From: a virus | Lineage: Duplodnaviria; Caudoviricetes | DNA length: 44,990 nt | Reading direction: 5' to 3' (one strand) | Virus record (IMG/VR): IMGVR_UViG_3300025571_000006 | Span: 1-44,990 of that record | Shown: one piece after another, positions 36,750-44,990 of the stretch | Numbering within the stretch: the first letter of the stretch is position 1 | Layout of the letters: each line of letters opens with the position of its first letter | Notes under the pieces: model-generated | Seen by the model: the letters and a program-made list of their open reading frames with translations, nothing else | Database searches by the model: none | What the model was told of the DNA's origin: nothing | Translations under genes and position numbers: made by a program

Positions 36750-37195
36750 TGCCCTGGGCCGCTCCCGGACAAGTCAGTACCGATCCGATCGCCGGCGGTA
36801 TCGAGATAAGCGACGCGGATTACACCGTCGCTCTGGCCGGCATGGGCAATGGCAAGGTTGTCAGTGTGGAGGGGGGGGCATTCGCTCTCGTCGATCCGCC
36901 GGAGCCGGAGCCGGACCCAGAGCCGTCGACGGTCGATCGCTTTCGCTGGGCGATCCAGTGGCACATTGACACCACAGCGCAGACGCGAAACTACGACAGC
37001 GGCGTGACCTGCGCCTCCTATGTCAATTCGACAAACGCTACGTGGGCGGCTGAAGCGATGGCATTCACCGCATGGCGCGATGCCGTCTGGGCCTACGCCT
37101 ACGCAGAGCTGGAGAAGGTCGTCAACGAAGAGCGGCCGCAGCCGACCGTCGAGGACTTCCTCGCAGAGCTGCCCCCATTCACGTGGCCGTCGTAG
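36746..37195 (+). CDS. Tail fiber assembly-like protein
   Basis: ID..AQ.R.YDS..TCASY..ST...WAAEA.AF.AWRD.VW...LP...WP. Confidence 0.75.
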   Translation: MMPWAAPGQVSTDPIAGGIEISDADYTVALAGMGNGKVVSVEGGAFALVDPPEPEPDPEPSTVDRFRWAIQWHIDTTAQTRNYDSGVTCASYVNSTNATWAAEAMAFTAWRDAVWAYAYAELEKVVNEERPQPTVEDFLAELPPFTWPS

Positions 37196-37979
37196 GTGCC
37201 GCTACCTTCCGCGCGAGGCAGCCGTATTCGAGCCCCTCGTCCGGTCCCCGCAACGTCTCGGCCGTGTGGATCGGCTCGAAGCCCAAGCCGCGGATCAGTG
37301 CGTCGATGACAGCCGGGCGCTTCGTGATGTTCTGATGCCCCTCGTCGGGCTTGGGATAATGCCAGATATCGGTCCAGAACAACAGGTAGCAGCCGGGGGC
37401 CGCATAGGTCGCCATGGTGTGCAGGACCGCCAGCGGATCCTCGGCGTGATCGATGGCGTTGCGGCAGATGATGGCGCCGTCCACCGCGCCAACGAGGTCC
37501 GGAATGATCGGCTCGGCCGGCGCGCTGTAAGTTGTGATTTCGGGCACGAACAGTGTTCGCCCGATCATCTCTATCTGGATGCGGCGATACTGATCAATCA
37601 ACGGGTCAATGATGACCCGGTCCTTGATCCAGTAGCACGGCGATAGGTAGCCGAAGGGGCCGGAGCCGATTTCTAGACACTTCCGGTTCCGGACGTGATC
37701 GACGAACTGCCGGAATGCTTCTTCGTCGCCGCGAAACCACTCGTCGTTGGCGCCCTGCCAAAGGCCGCCCTGCGCCACGACCTCATCATATGTCTTGATA
37801 ATCCGCGGAAAGGCCTCTTCGATCGTCTTCCTCGCGCTGTCGATCTCGTAGGCCTGGGCCACCGAGTGATCGAAGCCGGAGCCCTTCCGGTCGGCCAAGA
37901 TCGGTGGGGTTATTGCATGGATGGCGCGCCTCGTCCGGTAGGCAATCGACTTCTTCGCGCGGCGTAGGAGCGACGTCAT
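37179..37979 (-). CDS. Moron: class I SAM-dependent methyltransferase
   Basis: CLEIGSGPFG, IIDPL, D.IICRNAIDH..DP, PG.YL; GAGGA RBS. Confidence 0.85.
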   Translation of the reverse strand: MTSLLRRAKKSIAYRTRRAIHAITPPILADRKGSGFDHSVAQAYEIDSARKTIEEAFPRIIKTYDEVVAQGGLWQGANDEWFRGDEEAFRQFVDHVRNRKCLEIGSGPFGYLSPCYWIKDRVIIDPLIDQYRRIQIEMIGRTLFVPEITTYSAPAEPIIPDLVGAVDGAIICRNAIDHAEDPLAVLHTMATYAAPGCYLLFWTDIWHYPKPDEGHQNITKRPAVIDALIRGLGFEPIHTAETLRGPDEGLEYGCLARKVAAPTTAT

Positions 37980-38039
37980 GGCGGTTCCTCGTCTCCGGGA
38001 TTGCCGACCCTCTAACACATTTCCGCCGCACTTCACCAT

Positions 38040-38067
38040 CGCCCCGCTTCAACGGGGCGTTTCTCTT
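38040..38067 (+). terminator. Putative intrinsic terminator
   Basis: CGCCCCG-CTTCAA-CGGGGCG followed by TTTCTCTT. Confidence 0.55.
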
Positions 38068-38076
38068 GGGGGCTAC

Positions 38077-38595
38077 ATGTTCACGCTATGCCTTTGCCTC
38101 GCGGCCTGCGCCGCGCTCAATCGCGCGCGCGGCGACGACAGATGGATGCCCGGCTGGCTCCCCGGCCGGGCGCTTTACTACACGGCGCCGCTGATCGGCG
38201 CCATCGCCGCCATCTTGGGCGGCATCTCCTTCGGGGCGGCCTTCGGGGCCGCCTTTTTCGTCTGGGCGGTCGGGCCGTGGGGGCATCTCATCGGGCTCGG
38301 TCGATTTGCGCCGGATCGTCCGGCCTCCGGCCTGGAGACGGCCCTCATCGAGCTCGCTGCCGGGAATGCGCATCTGGCGCTCGGCCTGCGGCACCTGTTC
38401 GCGCTGCCCGGGCTGATGATCGCCGCGGCCGTATCCGGGGAGCTGCTGCTCGGCGTGCCGGGGGCGCTCGCCTTCGCCGCCTTCGCCACGGGCTCCTACG
38501 AGTTTTCTTGGCGGCTGCGGCCATCCAATCCGATCATCGTGGCGGAGCTGGCGACCGGTGCCCTGTGGGGGAGCCTCGTCGTGGCTCTGGCATGA
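38077..38595 (+). CDS. Multi-TM membrane protein ahead of the lysis cassette
   Basis: Several hydrophobic segments; NRARG and AEL.TG motifs. Confidence 0.7.
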   Translation: MFTLCLCLAACAALNRARGDDRWMPGWLPGRALYYTAPLIGAIAAILGGISFGAAFGAAFFVWAVGPWGHLIGLGRFAPDRPASGLETALIELAAGNAHLALGLRHLFALPGLMIAAAVSGELLLGVPGALAFAAFATGSYEFSWRLRPSNPIIVAELATGALWGSLVVALA

Positions 38596-38644
38596 TCCGG
38601 GCGCCTTGTTTGCTCTTTGGATGATGAGCCTCTGAGGATCTCCC

Positions 38645-39835
38645 ATGCGCACCATAACTGCCGCCGACCTGCGGTCCATCGCAGGCGGGACGGCCCCGCT
38701 CGCCTCGAAGCTGGTCGGGCCGATCAACACCCACGCCACAGCGCAGGGCATCACGACGCCGCTGCGCATGGCGCACTTCCTAGCGCACATGGCCGAGGAG
38801 ACCGGCGGCTTCCGCGCGCTCGTCGAGAACCTCAACTACACGTCTGCAGCGCGGATCCGGCAGGTTTGGCCCTCGCGCTTCAGGACGGATGCGGCCGCCA
38901 AGCCGTATGTGCGCAAGCCGGAGGCGCTTGCCGAGAAGGTGTATGGCGGCCGGCTCGGCAATACGGCGCCGGGCGACGGCTGGCGCTACCGTGGAGGTGG
39001 GGCTTACATGCTCACCGGCCGCGGAAACTATCGGCGCTTCGGGGCCGCCGCCGGCATCGACCTCGAGGCCAGGCCGGAGCTGGTGCGCGAGCCGGACACC
39101 GCCGTGGAGGTGGCCGCACGGTACTTCGTCGCGCGCATGGCTGCCGCGGCCGACCGTGACGACCTCGAGGGCACGACGCGGGCGCTCAACGGGGGCCTCA
39201 CAAACCTCGCCGCCAGGCGTGCCTACCTCGCCCGCGCAAAGGACGTGCTCGGCGTTTCCAACCCCGCCGGCCCGTCGCCAGCGAAGGAAGCGGTCCGGGC
39301 ATCCGAGGCGGACATCAGGCGGCTGCAGACGATGCTGCGGAACCTTGGCTACACCGAGGTCGGCATGTTGGACGGCAAGTGGGGCAGCCGCACGCGGGGC
39401 GCACTGCTGGCCTTCAAGGCTGACAACGGTCTGCCGGCCTCAACCGATCTCGACGAAGCGACCTGGGCTGCGCTGGCTCGCGCGGCACCACGTGAGGTGT
39501 CCCCGGAGCGCGCCGAGGCGAGGACGGCGCCGAGCGCAGCGGCCAAGGCGGCTCAGGCTGCGCAGCTGATCGGAGGGGCTGCGGCCGCTACCGGAGCTGC
39601 CGATGCCGCGCTGGAACCCGCCGGGGGACTGGTAGGCGCGCTCGGGTGGCTTGCCGGCGCCGGCGAGGCGGCGCGCACGGTCTCCGATGCGCTTATGCCG
39701 GTCCGCGACCTCATCCGGGCCGTCGCCGGCAACTGGCCGCTGGCGCTGGCGCTCGCGGGCGTCGGGCTCTTCCTCCTCGGCCGGCACATCTTCCGCGACG
39801 AGTTGGTGAGTTTCCGCCGGGGTGAGTGGACATGA
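38645..39835 (+). CDS. Endolysin: GH19 + peptidoglycan-binding domain + hydrophobic C-terminus
   Basis: AHFLA...ETGG....ENLNY, GDGWRYRG.G...LTGR.NY, T..LNGG; LQ..L..LGY....DG.WG..T. Confidence 0.92.
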   Translation: MRTITAADLRSIAGGTAPLASKLVGPINTHATAQGITTPLRMAHFLAHMAEETGGFRALVENLNYTSAARIRQVWPSRFRTDAAAKPYVRKPEALAEKVYGGRLGNTAPGDGWRYRGGGAYMLTGRGNYRRFGAAAGIDLEARPELVREPDTAVEVAARYFVARMAAAADRDDLEGTTRALNGGLTNLAARRAYLARAKDVLGVSNPAGPSPAKEAVRASEADIRRLQTMLRNLGYTEVGMLDGKWGSRTRGALLAFKADNGLPASTDLDEATWAALARAAPREVSPERAEARTAPSAAAKAAQAAQLIGGAAAATGAADAALEPAGGLVGALGWLAGAGEAARTVSDALMPVRDLIRAVAGNWPLALALAGVGLFLLGRHIFRDELVSFRRGEWT

Positions 39836-40158
39836 TCGCCGCCGCCTTCTCCGCGCTGACCTCGAGGGCGGGCCTCGCCGCCACCGGGCTCGTGGTCGGC
39901 TACCTCTACGGCCACTACGCCTCCCGCACCGGAGAGCAGGTGCGGGGCCTCCAGGCCGAGGTCGCCACGCTGCGAATTGACCTCGCCATCGCGCAGGGCG
40001 CAGCTGACATCGCCGCTGCAGAGACGGCCGCGCTGGGGCGGCTGCGGGCTGCGCTCAAGGAGAGGATCGATGCCTATGGTGCCGACCTGGCGAAGCGGTC
40101 GGATGATCGCTGCCGCCTCACTGGCGCTGACGTGCGCCGGCTGCACAGTGTCCGCTAA
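39832..40158 (+). CDS. Putative i-spanin (Rz-like)
   Basis: N-terminal TM, coiled coil, C-terminal Cys; follows endolysin. Confidence 0.65.
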   Translation: MIAAAFSALTSRAGLAATGLVVGYLYGHYASRTGEQVRGLQAEVATLRIDLAIAQGAADIAAAETAALGRLRAALKERIDAYGADLAKRSDDRCRLTGADVRRLHSVR

Positions 40159-40372
40159 TGGGCCGGCATCGCGGGCGATACCGTCGCCGGCAGCCGCCGG
40201 GCCATTGTTCCATCCGGTGCCGCATCCCGTCATCCGGGAAGGCGACGACGCCCGGCAGAAGCTGGCGGAAACGTCAGCGGCGCTGACGATCGCCAACCGG
40301 CGGATCCTCGGTGCCCGCGCATGGGTCGAGGACATCCGATCGCGCCTGCTGCGAGGAGAGGGGGGAAGGTGA
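40070..40372 (+). CDS. Putative o-spanin lipoprotein (Rz1-like)
   Basis: Overlaps Rz-like gene in another frame; lipobox-like LTCAG-C; Pro-rich; AAGGAG RBS. Confidence 0.65.
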   Translation: MPMVPTWRSGRMIAAASLALTCAGCTVSANGPASRAIPSPAAAGPLFHPVPHPVIREGDDARQKLAETSAALTIANRRILGARAWVEDIRSRLLRGEGGR

Positions 40373-40740
40373 TGCAGGATATTCCGCCGCCGTCGGGCAA
40401 CGTGGTGTTCCTCGGCGTCAACCTCGTCCACCTTGCATCGGGCGTTGCCGGCGGCATCGTGCGGGGGCTCATCAATCCATCCTACACGTGGACGGCGCGG
40501 ATATCCTCAGCCGTCGTCGGCGGACTCACGGCCGGCTACGGCACCCCGGCTGCGGCTCACATTGTGCGCCGCTGGCTCGAGCTGTGGGGCTATCCCTTCG
40601 GCAATGTCGAGGGGTCGGTGGGCTTCCTGTTGGGCCTCTGCGGCATGACGATCTGCGACGCCATCATCCGCTGGGCGCGCCGATGGCGGGACGGGCCGCC
40701 CTCGACGCCGCTGCCTCCGCCGCCGCAGAAGACGTGCTAG
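40372..40740 (+). CDS. Putative holin
   Basis: Three hydrophobic segments (G.AGG.V, VVGGLTA.Y, GFLLGL.GM), basic tail. Confidence 0.65.
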   Translation: MQDIPPPSGNVVFLGVNLVHLASGVAGGIVRGLINPSYTWTARISSAVVGGLTAGYGTPAAAHIVRRWLELWGYPFGNVEGSVGFLLGLCGMTICDAIIRWARRWRDGPPSTPLPPPPQKTC

Positions 40741-40797
40741 ATTCGCGCCGGGCGCTGCTGCGGCAGGTTCAACGAGATTCGGCTTCGACCATACTTC

Positions 40798-40836
40798 GCC
40801 CCGCTCGGTTGCTGCCGGGCGGGGCTCTTTGCGTTT
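40798..40836 (+). terminator. End-of-late-operon terminator
   Basis: GCCCCGCTCGG...CCGGGCGGGGC followed by TCTTTGCGTTT. Confidence 0.7.
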
Positions 40837-40965
40837 CAGGCCCCTTAACGGTCAGCTGCCCTTGAGGGTGGGCTGGCCAGAAGTGTGGACGCCGAGGAGC
40901 GGGGAGATATTCCGGTGGCCGCGGAGGGCGTGTTAGCCTCCCGCCATGCTGCTGCGAGGAGTGCC

Positions 40966-41265
40966 ATGAGCTTTGCTATAAGGGTATTCGCCAGTGCGAT
41001 AGCCATTGCCGCTGCCGGATGCTCAGCTTTTGCCATGGATGAGGCTTCTCCGAGGGAGATGCTGATGCAGGAATGGGGCCGCCTCAACCTCTTCGTGCGC
41101 GGCGAGCAGATCAGGTCCATCGCCGAGGAATTCGAGCTCGACAGCGACCAGAAGCACAGGCTGCATGCGTGCCTTATCGCTACGACGATGGACCCGGAAA
41201 TGCGCCTGTGGACATTCCGCAAAGCGTCGAGAGCCTGCATCACCTACGCACGCTCACAGCAATAG
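40966..41265 (+). CDS. Small exported protein (99 aa)
   Basis: GAGGAG RBS; signal MSFAIRVFASAIAIAAAGCSAFA; two C-terminal Cys. Confidence 0.65.
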   Translation: MSFAIRVFASAIAIAAAGCSAFAMDEASPREMLMQEWGRLNLFVRGEQIRSIAEEFELDSDQKHRLHACLIATTMDPEMRLWTFRKASRACITYARSQQ

Positions 41266-41558
41266 AGTGGGGAGTAGAGGACGGCACGGGGCACCGTTCC
41301 AGCGCCGCCTCTTCACAATTTAGACGGCTTATTCACCGCCTTCGCCAAGGATGGCCTTCGTGGCTCTGACAAACCAGCCCTGCTCCGGCGAGCGCGCGAT
41401 TCCCGCTGGCGCCATGGCGGAGCTGCGGGCGATGGGGTCCGTCGCTCGCCGCCGTCCTGCCGCGACCGTAAAGACATTCTGCATCATGCGGGCGACGAGC
41501 CGGCGCGGCAGATGTTCGAGCGGGTGATGGAACAGTTCAAGTAAGGCCCTTCCCGACA

Positions 41559-41819
41559 TCAATATCCCCGGATGCCAGTCTGTCCCGGGATGCAGACGCC
41601 GAGGCGCAGGCCGATGGCGCGGCCGCCGCAGCGCGAGCAGCGGAGCTTGGGCGCGAGGTGCTTGTGCAAGGCGGGATGGTCCGGCCCAAGGCGCGCGGCG
41701 AGTGCTCGCAAGTCGAGATCACCGCTGTGCCCGCACTTGGGGTTGTAGCAAATCGCCGTCAGCGTGTTGCCGTGCTCGATGAGCGCGGCGATCGTGCCGA
41801 GTGTGACAGCGCACGCCAT
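41559..41819 (-). CDS. Small zinc-binding protein
   Basis: CYNPKCGH...LRCSRCGGR; GGAGGGAG RBS; LexA box upstream. Confidence 0.8.
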   Translation of the reverse strand: MACAVTLGTIAALIEHGNTLTAICYNPKCGHSGDLDLRALAARLGPDHPALHKHLAPKLRCSRCGGRAIGLRLGVCIPGQTGIRGY

Positions 41820-41840
41820 GGCTCCCTCCATCAGAGGGAT

Positions 41841-41855
41841 GTTCTTGCATTGTTC
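41841..41855 (-). promoter_or_regulatory. Alphaproteobacterial LexA (SOS) box
   Basis: GTTC-TTGCATT-GTTC (GAAC-N7-GAAC on the minus strand), 21 nt upstream of ATG 41819. Confidence 0.8.
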
Positions 41856-42017
41856 CGGTGCCCAGAGTAAAGGAGCAGACACCGAGCGTCTGCTCCGGCC
41901 TAGCCGCATCACCTAGTGGCGACCATGTGTCGTGTCCGGTAGCTCCTAGAAACTGGTTGTCGTGTTTCCCATCCAGCTGACCTCTCGAAGAGACGCGATG
42001 CGAGTCTGCCGCCAAAT

Positions 42018-43967
42018 CTACGATTTGGCAAAATCAATTATATGATCGCAGAGAGTGTCTAGAGTTGGCAATTTAACTTTTTTATCGAATAGATACTCTA
42101 GTGCTGCGGCAATATAGAGCGCATTCTTGGTAAAACGTCCGGAGCCACGGAATCGGTTCGCAGCCGCATTCTTCGCGTTGCTCCAGTGCTCTGCGGCATC
42201 ATTCTGAATGCTGCTACCGATATCGTTGGGCCATGCCGTGTACCACTCGCCGCGGCAAACTTGGCTTGGGAAGGGCTCGTCGCTATTGCATCCGACCAAT
42301 TCAAACAAGGCTTTATTATCTCTCTCGTGTTCGCGCCGGATTCGAGCGGTGTCGTCTGCGTTCTTGCCCTCTTTATCTCCATCGCAATCGAAAATTACAA
42401 ACGTCGGAATTTCCATTTTCTTCGCGATAATTATGGGCTTAAGAAGCTCGCTTTTTCCATTCACAGGAACAATGTGCACTCCGCCCTTCCGCATGTCTAT
42501 CGAGCGCTCAGTCAATGTCATCCAGGCATGGATGTAGGCGGCGTCCTCTGGGCCCTCAACCAGTACCAGCTTGGGGCAGAAGAACATTTCGCTGAGGTGA
42601 GGTTGCATAACTTGGTGCAGTCGAGCCAGTATAGTACTCTCATTTGGTCTATCGTCTCCAGTAACACGTTTATATTCGTCTGACAGATGTGTAATTGAAC
42701 AGCTCCGGACGACAGAATGTCTTTCTGATTTATCCTTTCTTACAAGTCGAACTTGATTGAATCGCTGACCATTAACAAAGTACGGACTGTGCGTTGAAGC
42801 AATGACTTGAGAGTTCTGGTTGCTTAGCGTTTGTAGAACTTCCGCCAAATGCCTTGCCTGCGGAGGATGCTGGTAGAGCTCGGGCTCTTCAATTCCGAGA
42901 ATAAGTCTAGGGTTGGCTGTATCATCGGAAACAGCAAGTCCGTGAAGGAGGGCGATGATATAGGACCGTTGTAGCCCGTGTCCGAATCTGGCGATAGAGC
43001 CTTCAAACTCGCCGTCGCCAGCAATGAGACGAGCCATTGGCTCATCAATGCGGATCGAAGACTTTGGATCTTGGTACCAGCTCAGCTTAGCCTTGGCGTC
43101 GGGATGCGACCATTCCGCCAAACGCTTTTGCAAATCGGCTGAAATATCGTCTAGAGCAGCTTGTTCGGAATCTAGCATTTCTTGATATCTTGATTCAATT
43201 TCATTGCGCATTTCAAGAAGTTTATCGGTAAAATTTACTTTCGACATAATAGTTCTATCTAGCAATCGGCGAAGCGCTGTGTTCCTTTCCGCGGCCTGTT
43301 CTGCTGCGGCATCTTTTACGGCCGGAACATAAACCCACTGAACGTACTTGCGCAGCTTGTTTTGGCCTTGCGCGAAACCATAAAACTCATCTTCACTAGG
43401 TATTATAGTACATTTGTCTGGGTTGTCGTTTTCAAATGATCGCAACGCAGCAAAAGCGGCGGCTTTAGTGTTGGCTGGCGGAAGATCGTTATAATTTTCG
43501 CGAAGTTTTTTGTACTCAGTCAATGCCTCTTGTGCCTTCCCCTTTTCGTTATAAAGGGCGAAAAAGTTGGCAAACGCGGCCATTCCAGTCCGATTGCCAT
43601 ATTGAATAACTTTTGCTCGTCCTGTAGAGTTGTCGAATTCGCCCCTTGCGGTTATTATCAACTTATCATTTCGGAAATAATCGGCAAAATCAACTTTTGC
43701 TTCTTCGGATAATTCGGTAAATGTTACTGTAATTTCTATCGGATCTGATGTGTTACCGGCGTGAAAGTCTTCTTTTTCAAGGGTGATAAGATTTGTAGAG
43801 GAGTTTTCTGTTTCGCGGAAAAACACATTGAGGGCACAAAGAACGGTCGATTTCCCGGCGCCGTTTGCGCCTATTAAACATGTATAATTATCAAAGCTGA
43901 TTATTTCGTCTTTAAATGCACGAAAATTCTTTATGTGAACTGAATCGATCCGCATTTGTTGCTCCAA
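42018..43967 (-). CDS. OLD-family ATP-dependent endonuclease (ABC ATPase + Toprim)
   Basis: GANGAGKST, GHGLQR signature, IEEPELYQHP, STHSP, VLVEGPED, FDCD; AT-rich. Confidence 0.93.
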   Translation of the reverse strand: MEQQMRIDSVHIKNFRAFKDEIISFDNYTCLIGANGAGKSTVLCALNVFFRETENSSTNLITLEKEDFHAGNTSDPIEITVTFTELSEEAKVDFADYFRNDKLIITARGEFDNSTGRAKVIQYGNRTGMAAFANFFALYNEKGKAQEALTEYKKLRENYNDLPPANTKAAAFAALRSFENDNPDKCTIIPSEDEFYGFAQGQNKLRKYVQWVYVPAVKDAAAEQAAERNTALRRLLDRTIMSKVNFTDKLLEMRNEIESRYQEMLDSEQAALDDISADLQKRLAEWSHPDAKAKLSWYQDPKSSIRIDEPMARLIAGDGEFEGSIARFGHGLQRSYIIALLHGLAVSDDTANPRLILGIEEPELYQHPPQARHLAEVLQTLSNQNSQVIASTHSPYFVNGQRFNQVRLVRKDKSERHSVVRSCSITHLSDEYKRVTGDDRPNESTILARLHQVMQPHLSEMFFCPKLVLVEGPEDAAYIHAWMTLTERSIDMRKGGVHIVPVNGKSELLKPIIIAKKMEIPTFVIFDCDGDKEGKNADDTARIRREHERDNKALFELVGCNSDEPFPSQVCRGEWYTAWPNDIGSSIQNDAAEHWSNAKNAAANRFRGSGRFTKNALYIAAALEYLFDKKVKLPTLDTLCDHIIDFAKS

Positions 43968-44112
43968 CGCAGTTTTGTGATGCGATGCAATGCGACCGAC
44001 GGGTTGCGAATGCCGCCGTTGCGGTCGAAGATTAATTTATCAGCATAGGTTCGGGCCAGCTCAACGGCGATTCATCGGCAGGATGATTCAGGTGCTACCG
44101 GTGCTACCGGGC

Positions 44113-44766
44113 CTAGGGCGGGGGCTGCGAACAGGCGGCAATCGACAGAGCGTCGTCGGGCAGCGGGCGCTGCAGCTCCTTGGCGATCTGCCATGGCGCA
44201 GTCAGCCAGGCGTCGATCTCATCGGGCTCGGTGAGAATGACTGGCATTGCCTTGGGGTGGATCAGCGCGACGACGGCATTGGGCTGGCATGTAAGGAAGC
44301 CGAACAGCTCGAAGTCGCGCTCGCCGTCCCTTACCTTCTTTACGCCGCGCCACCGGGTCCATAGCCCCGCAAAGCACATGATCGGCCGACCATCACGATG
44401 GGCGAACCAGGTGTTCGGCGTGCGCTGCCCCTCGACTTTAGCGGCTGGGTTGGGCTCGGCGAACAATGAGAAAGGGACCACGCAGCGATTCTCGGGGCCC
44501 AGCCACCGGCGCCAGTGGGGCGAGGCTGTGTTGCGGATGTTGGTGACGCCGGGGTCATAGGTTTTGACGTAGGCGGGTGGCGAGGGCATCCCCCAGGTCG
44601 CCATGACCATCTCCCGCTGGCTGTCTGCGCCGACGCGGACGATGGGTGCGAGCATGCCGGGATAGACATCGCGAGAGGGCTCGTTCCATCCGGTGCGGTC
44701 GACCATGCCTCGGGTCAGGTCGATGATCGCCTCGCGGTTGCTCCGGACATTGTAGAGGTTGCACAT
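44113..44766 (-). CDS. SOS response-associated peptidase (SRAP/YedK/HMCES family)
   Basis: M-C-N-L-Y N-terminus, WGMP, TNIRN, RC.VP...F.E, FAGLW, IHPKAMPVIL. Confidence 0.95.
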   Translation of the reverse strand: MCNLYNVRSNREAIIDLTRGMVDRTGWNEPSRDVYPGMLAPIVRVGADSQREMVMATWGMPSPPAYVKTYDPGVTNIRNTASPHWRRWLGPENRCVVPFSLFAEPNPAAKVEGQRTPNTWFAHRDGRPIMCFAGLWTRWRGVKKVRDGERDFELFGFLTCQPNAVVALIHPKAMPVILTEPDEIDAWLTAPWQIAKELQRPLPDDALSIAACSQPPP

Positions 44767-44796
44767 AGGCGGCAACTCCGGTGAGGCCCGCGGGGC

Positions 44797-44852
44797 AGTT
44801 CAGACTTTTGCCCCGAATCAGTGCCATATCGACGGCATCAGAGTCTGAACTC
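44797..44852. repeat. Arm-type motif copies near attR
   Basis: AGTTCAGACTTTTG 44797-44810 = 180-193; GAGTCTGAACTC 44841-44852 = 160-171. Confidence 0.75.
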
Positions 44853-44877
44853 ACATTGCGACTCCTTATATATGATA

Positions 44878-44942
<65 letters not shown>

Positions 44943-44990
44943 TCCAAGCCTTGAGAAGTTGCCCCGTTCGGGGCCGGCCTGAACTCGGCA

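Noticed and set aside
34805-37195. Diversity-generating retroelement or invertible fiber cassette
   Set aside because: No reverse transcriptase or invertase, and no template/variable repeat or flanking inverted repeats seen.
41329-41562. 77-aa ORF coupled to the zinc protein
   Set aside because: No clear RBS or motif; may be real but not supportable.
42018-43967. Gabija system
   Set aside because: No GajB/UvrD-like gene adjacent.
44767-44877. LexA box upstream of SRAP
   Set aside because: GTTC/GAAC half-sites here belong to the att arm motif and lack a partner at N7 spacing.

Overview
The window is an apparently complete ~44.9 kb temperate prophage in a GC-rich host, probably an alphaproteobacterium (judged from GTTC-N7-GTTC LexA boxes and gene content). 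It is integrated in tRNA-Asp(GTC) and bounded by an exact 65-bp direct repeat (63-127 / 44878-44942). Layout: integrase/excisionase and a leftward early operon (DHFR, SNase, DUF4326, beta clamp, HD hydrolase); a cI/cro switch with five operator copies; a rightward early operon (CII-like, CHC2/Toprim primase, N6-adenine MTase, P4/D5 helicase, putative iteron origin); a lambda-like cos/terminase/portal/capsid block; a Mu-like contractile tail with a -1 frameshift chaperone; a lysis cassette; and accessory genes (membrane moron, SRA-HNH nuclease, exported protein, SAM methyltransferase, OLD nuclease, SRAP, two LexA-boxed zinc proteins). The most unusual observation: both antisense morons inside the rightward early operon are spanned on the operon strand by an uninterrupted ORF that overlaps the upstream stop and the downstream start, whereas the three antisense morons elsewhere are not. 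All product calls come from motif recognition by eye; no database searches were run.
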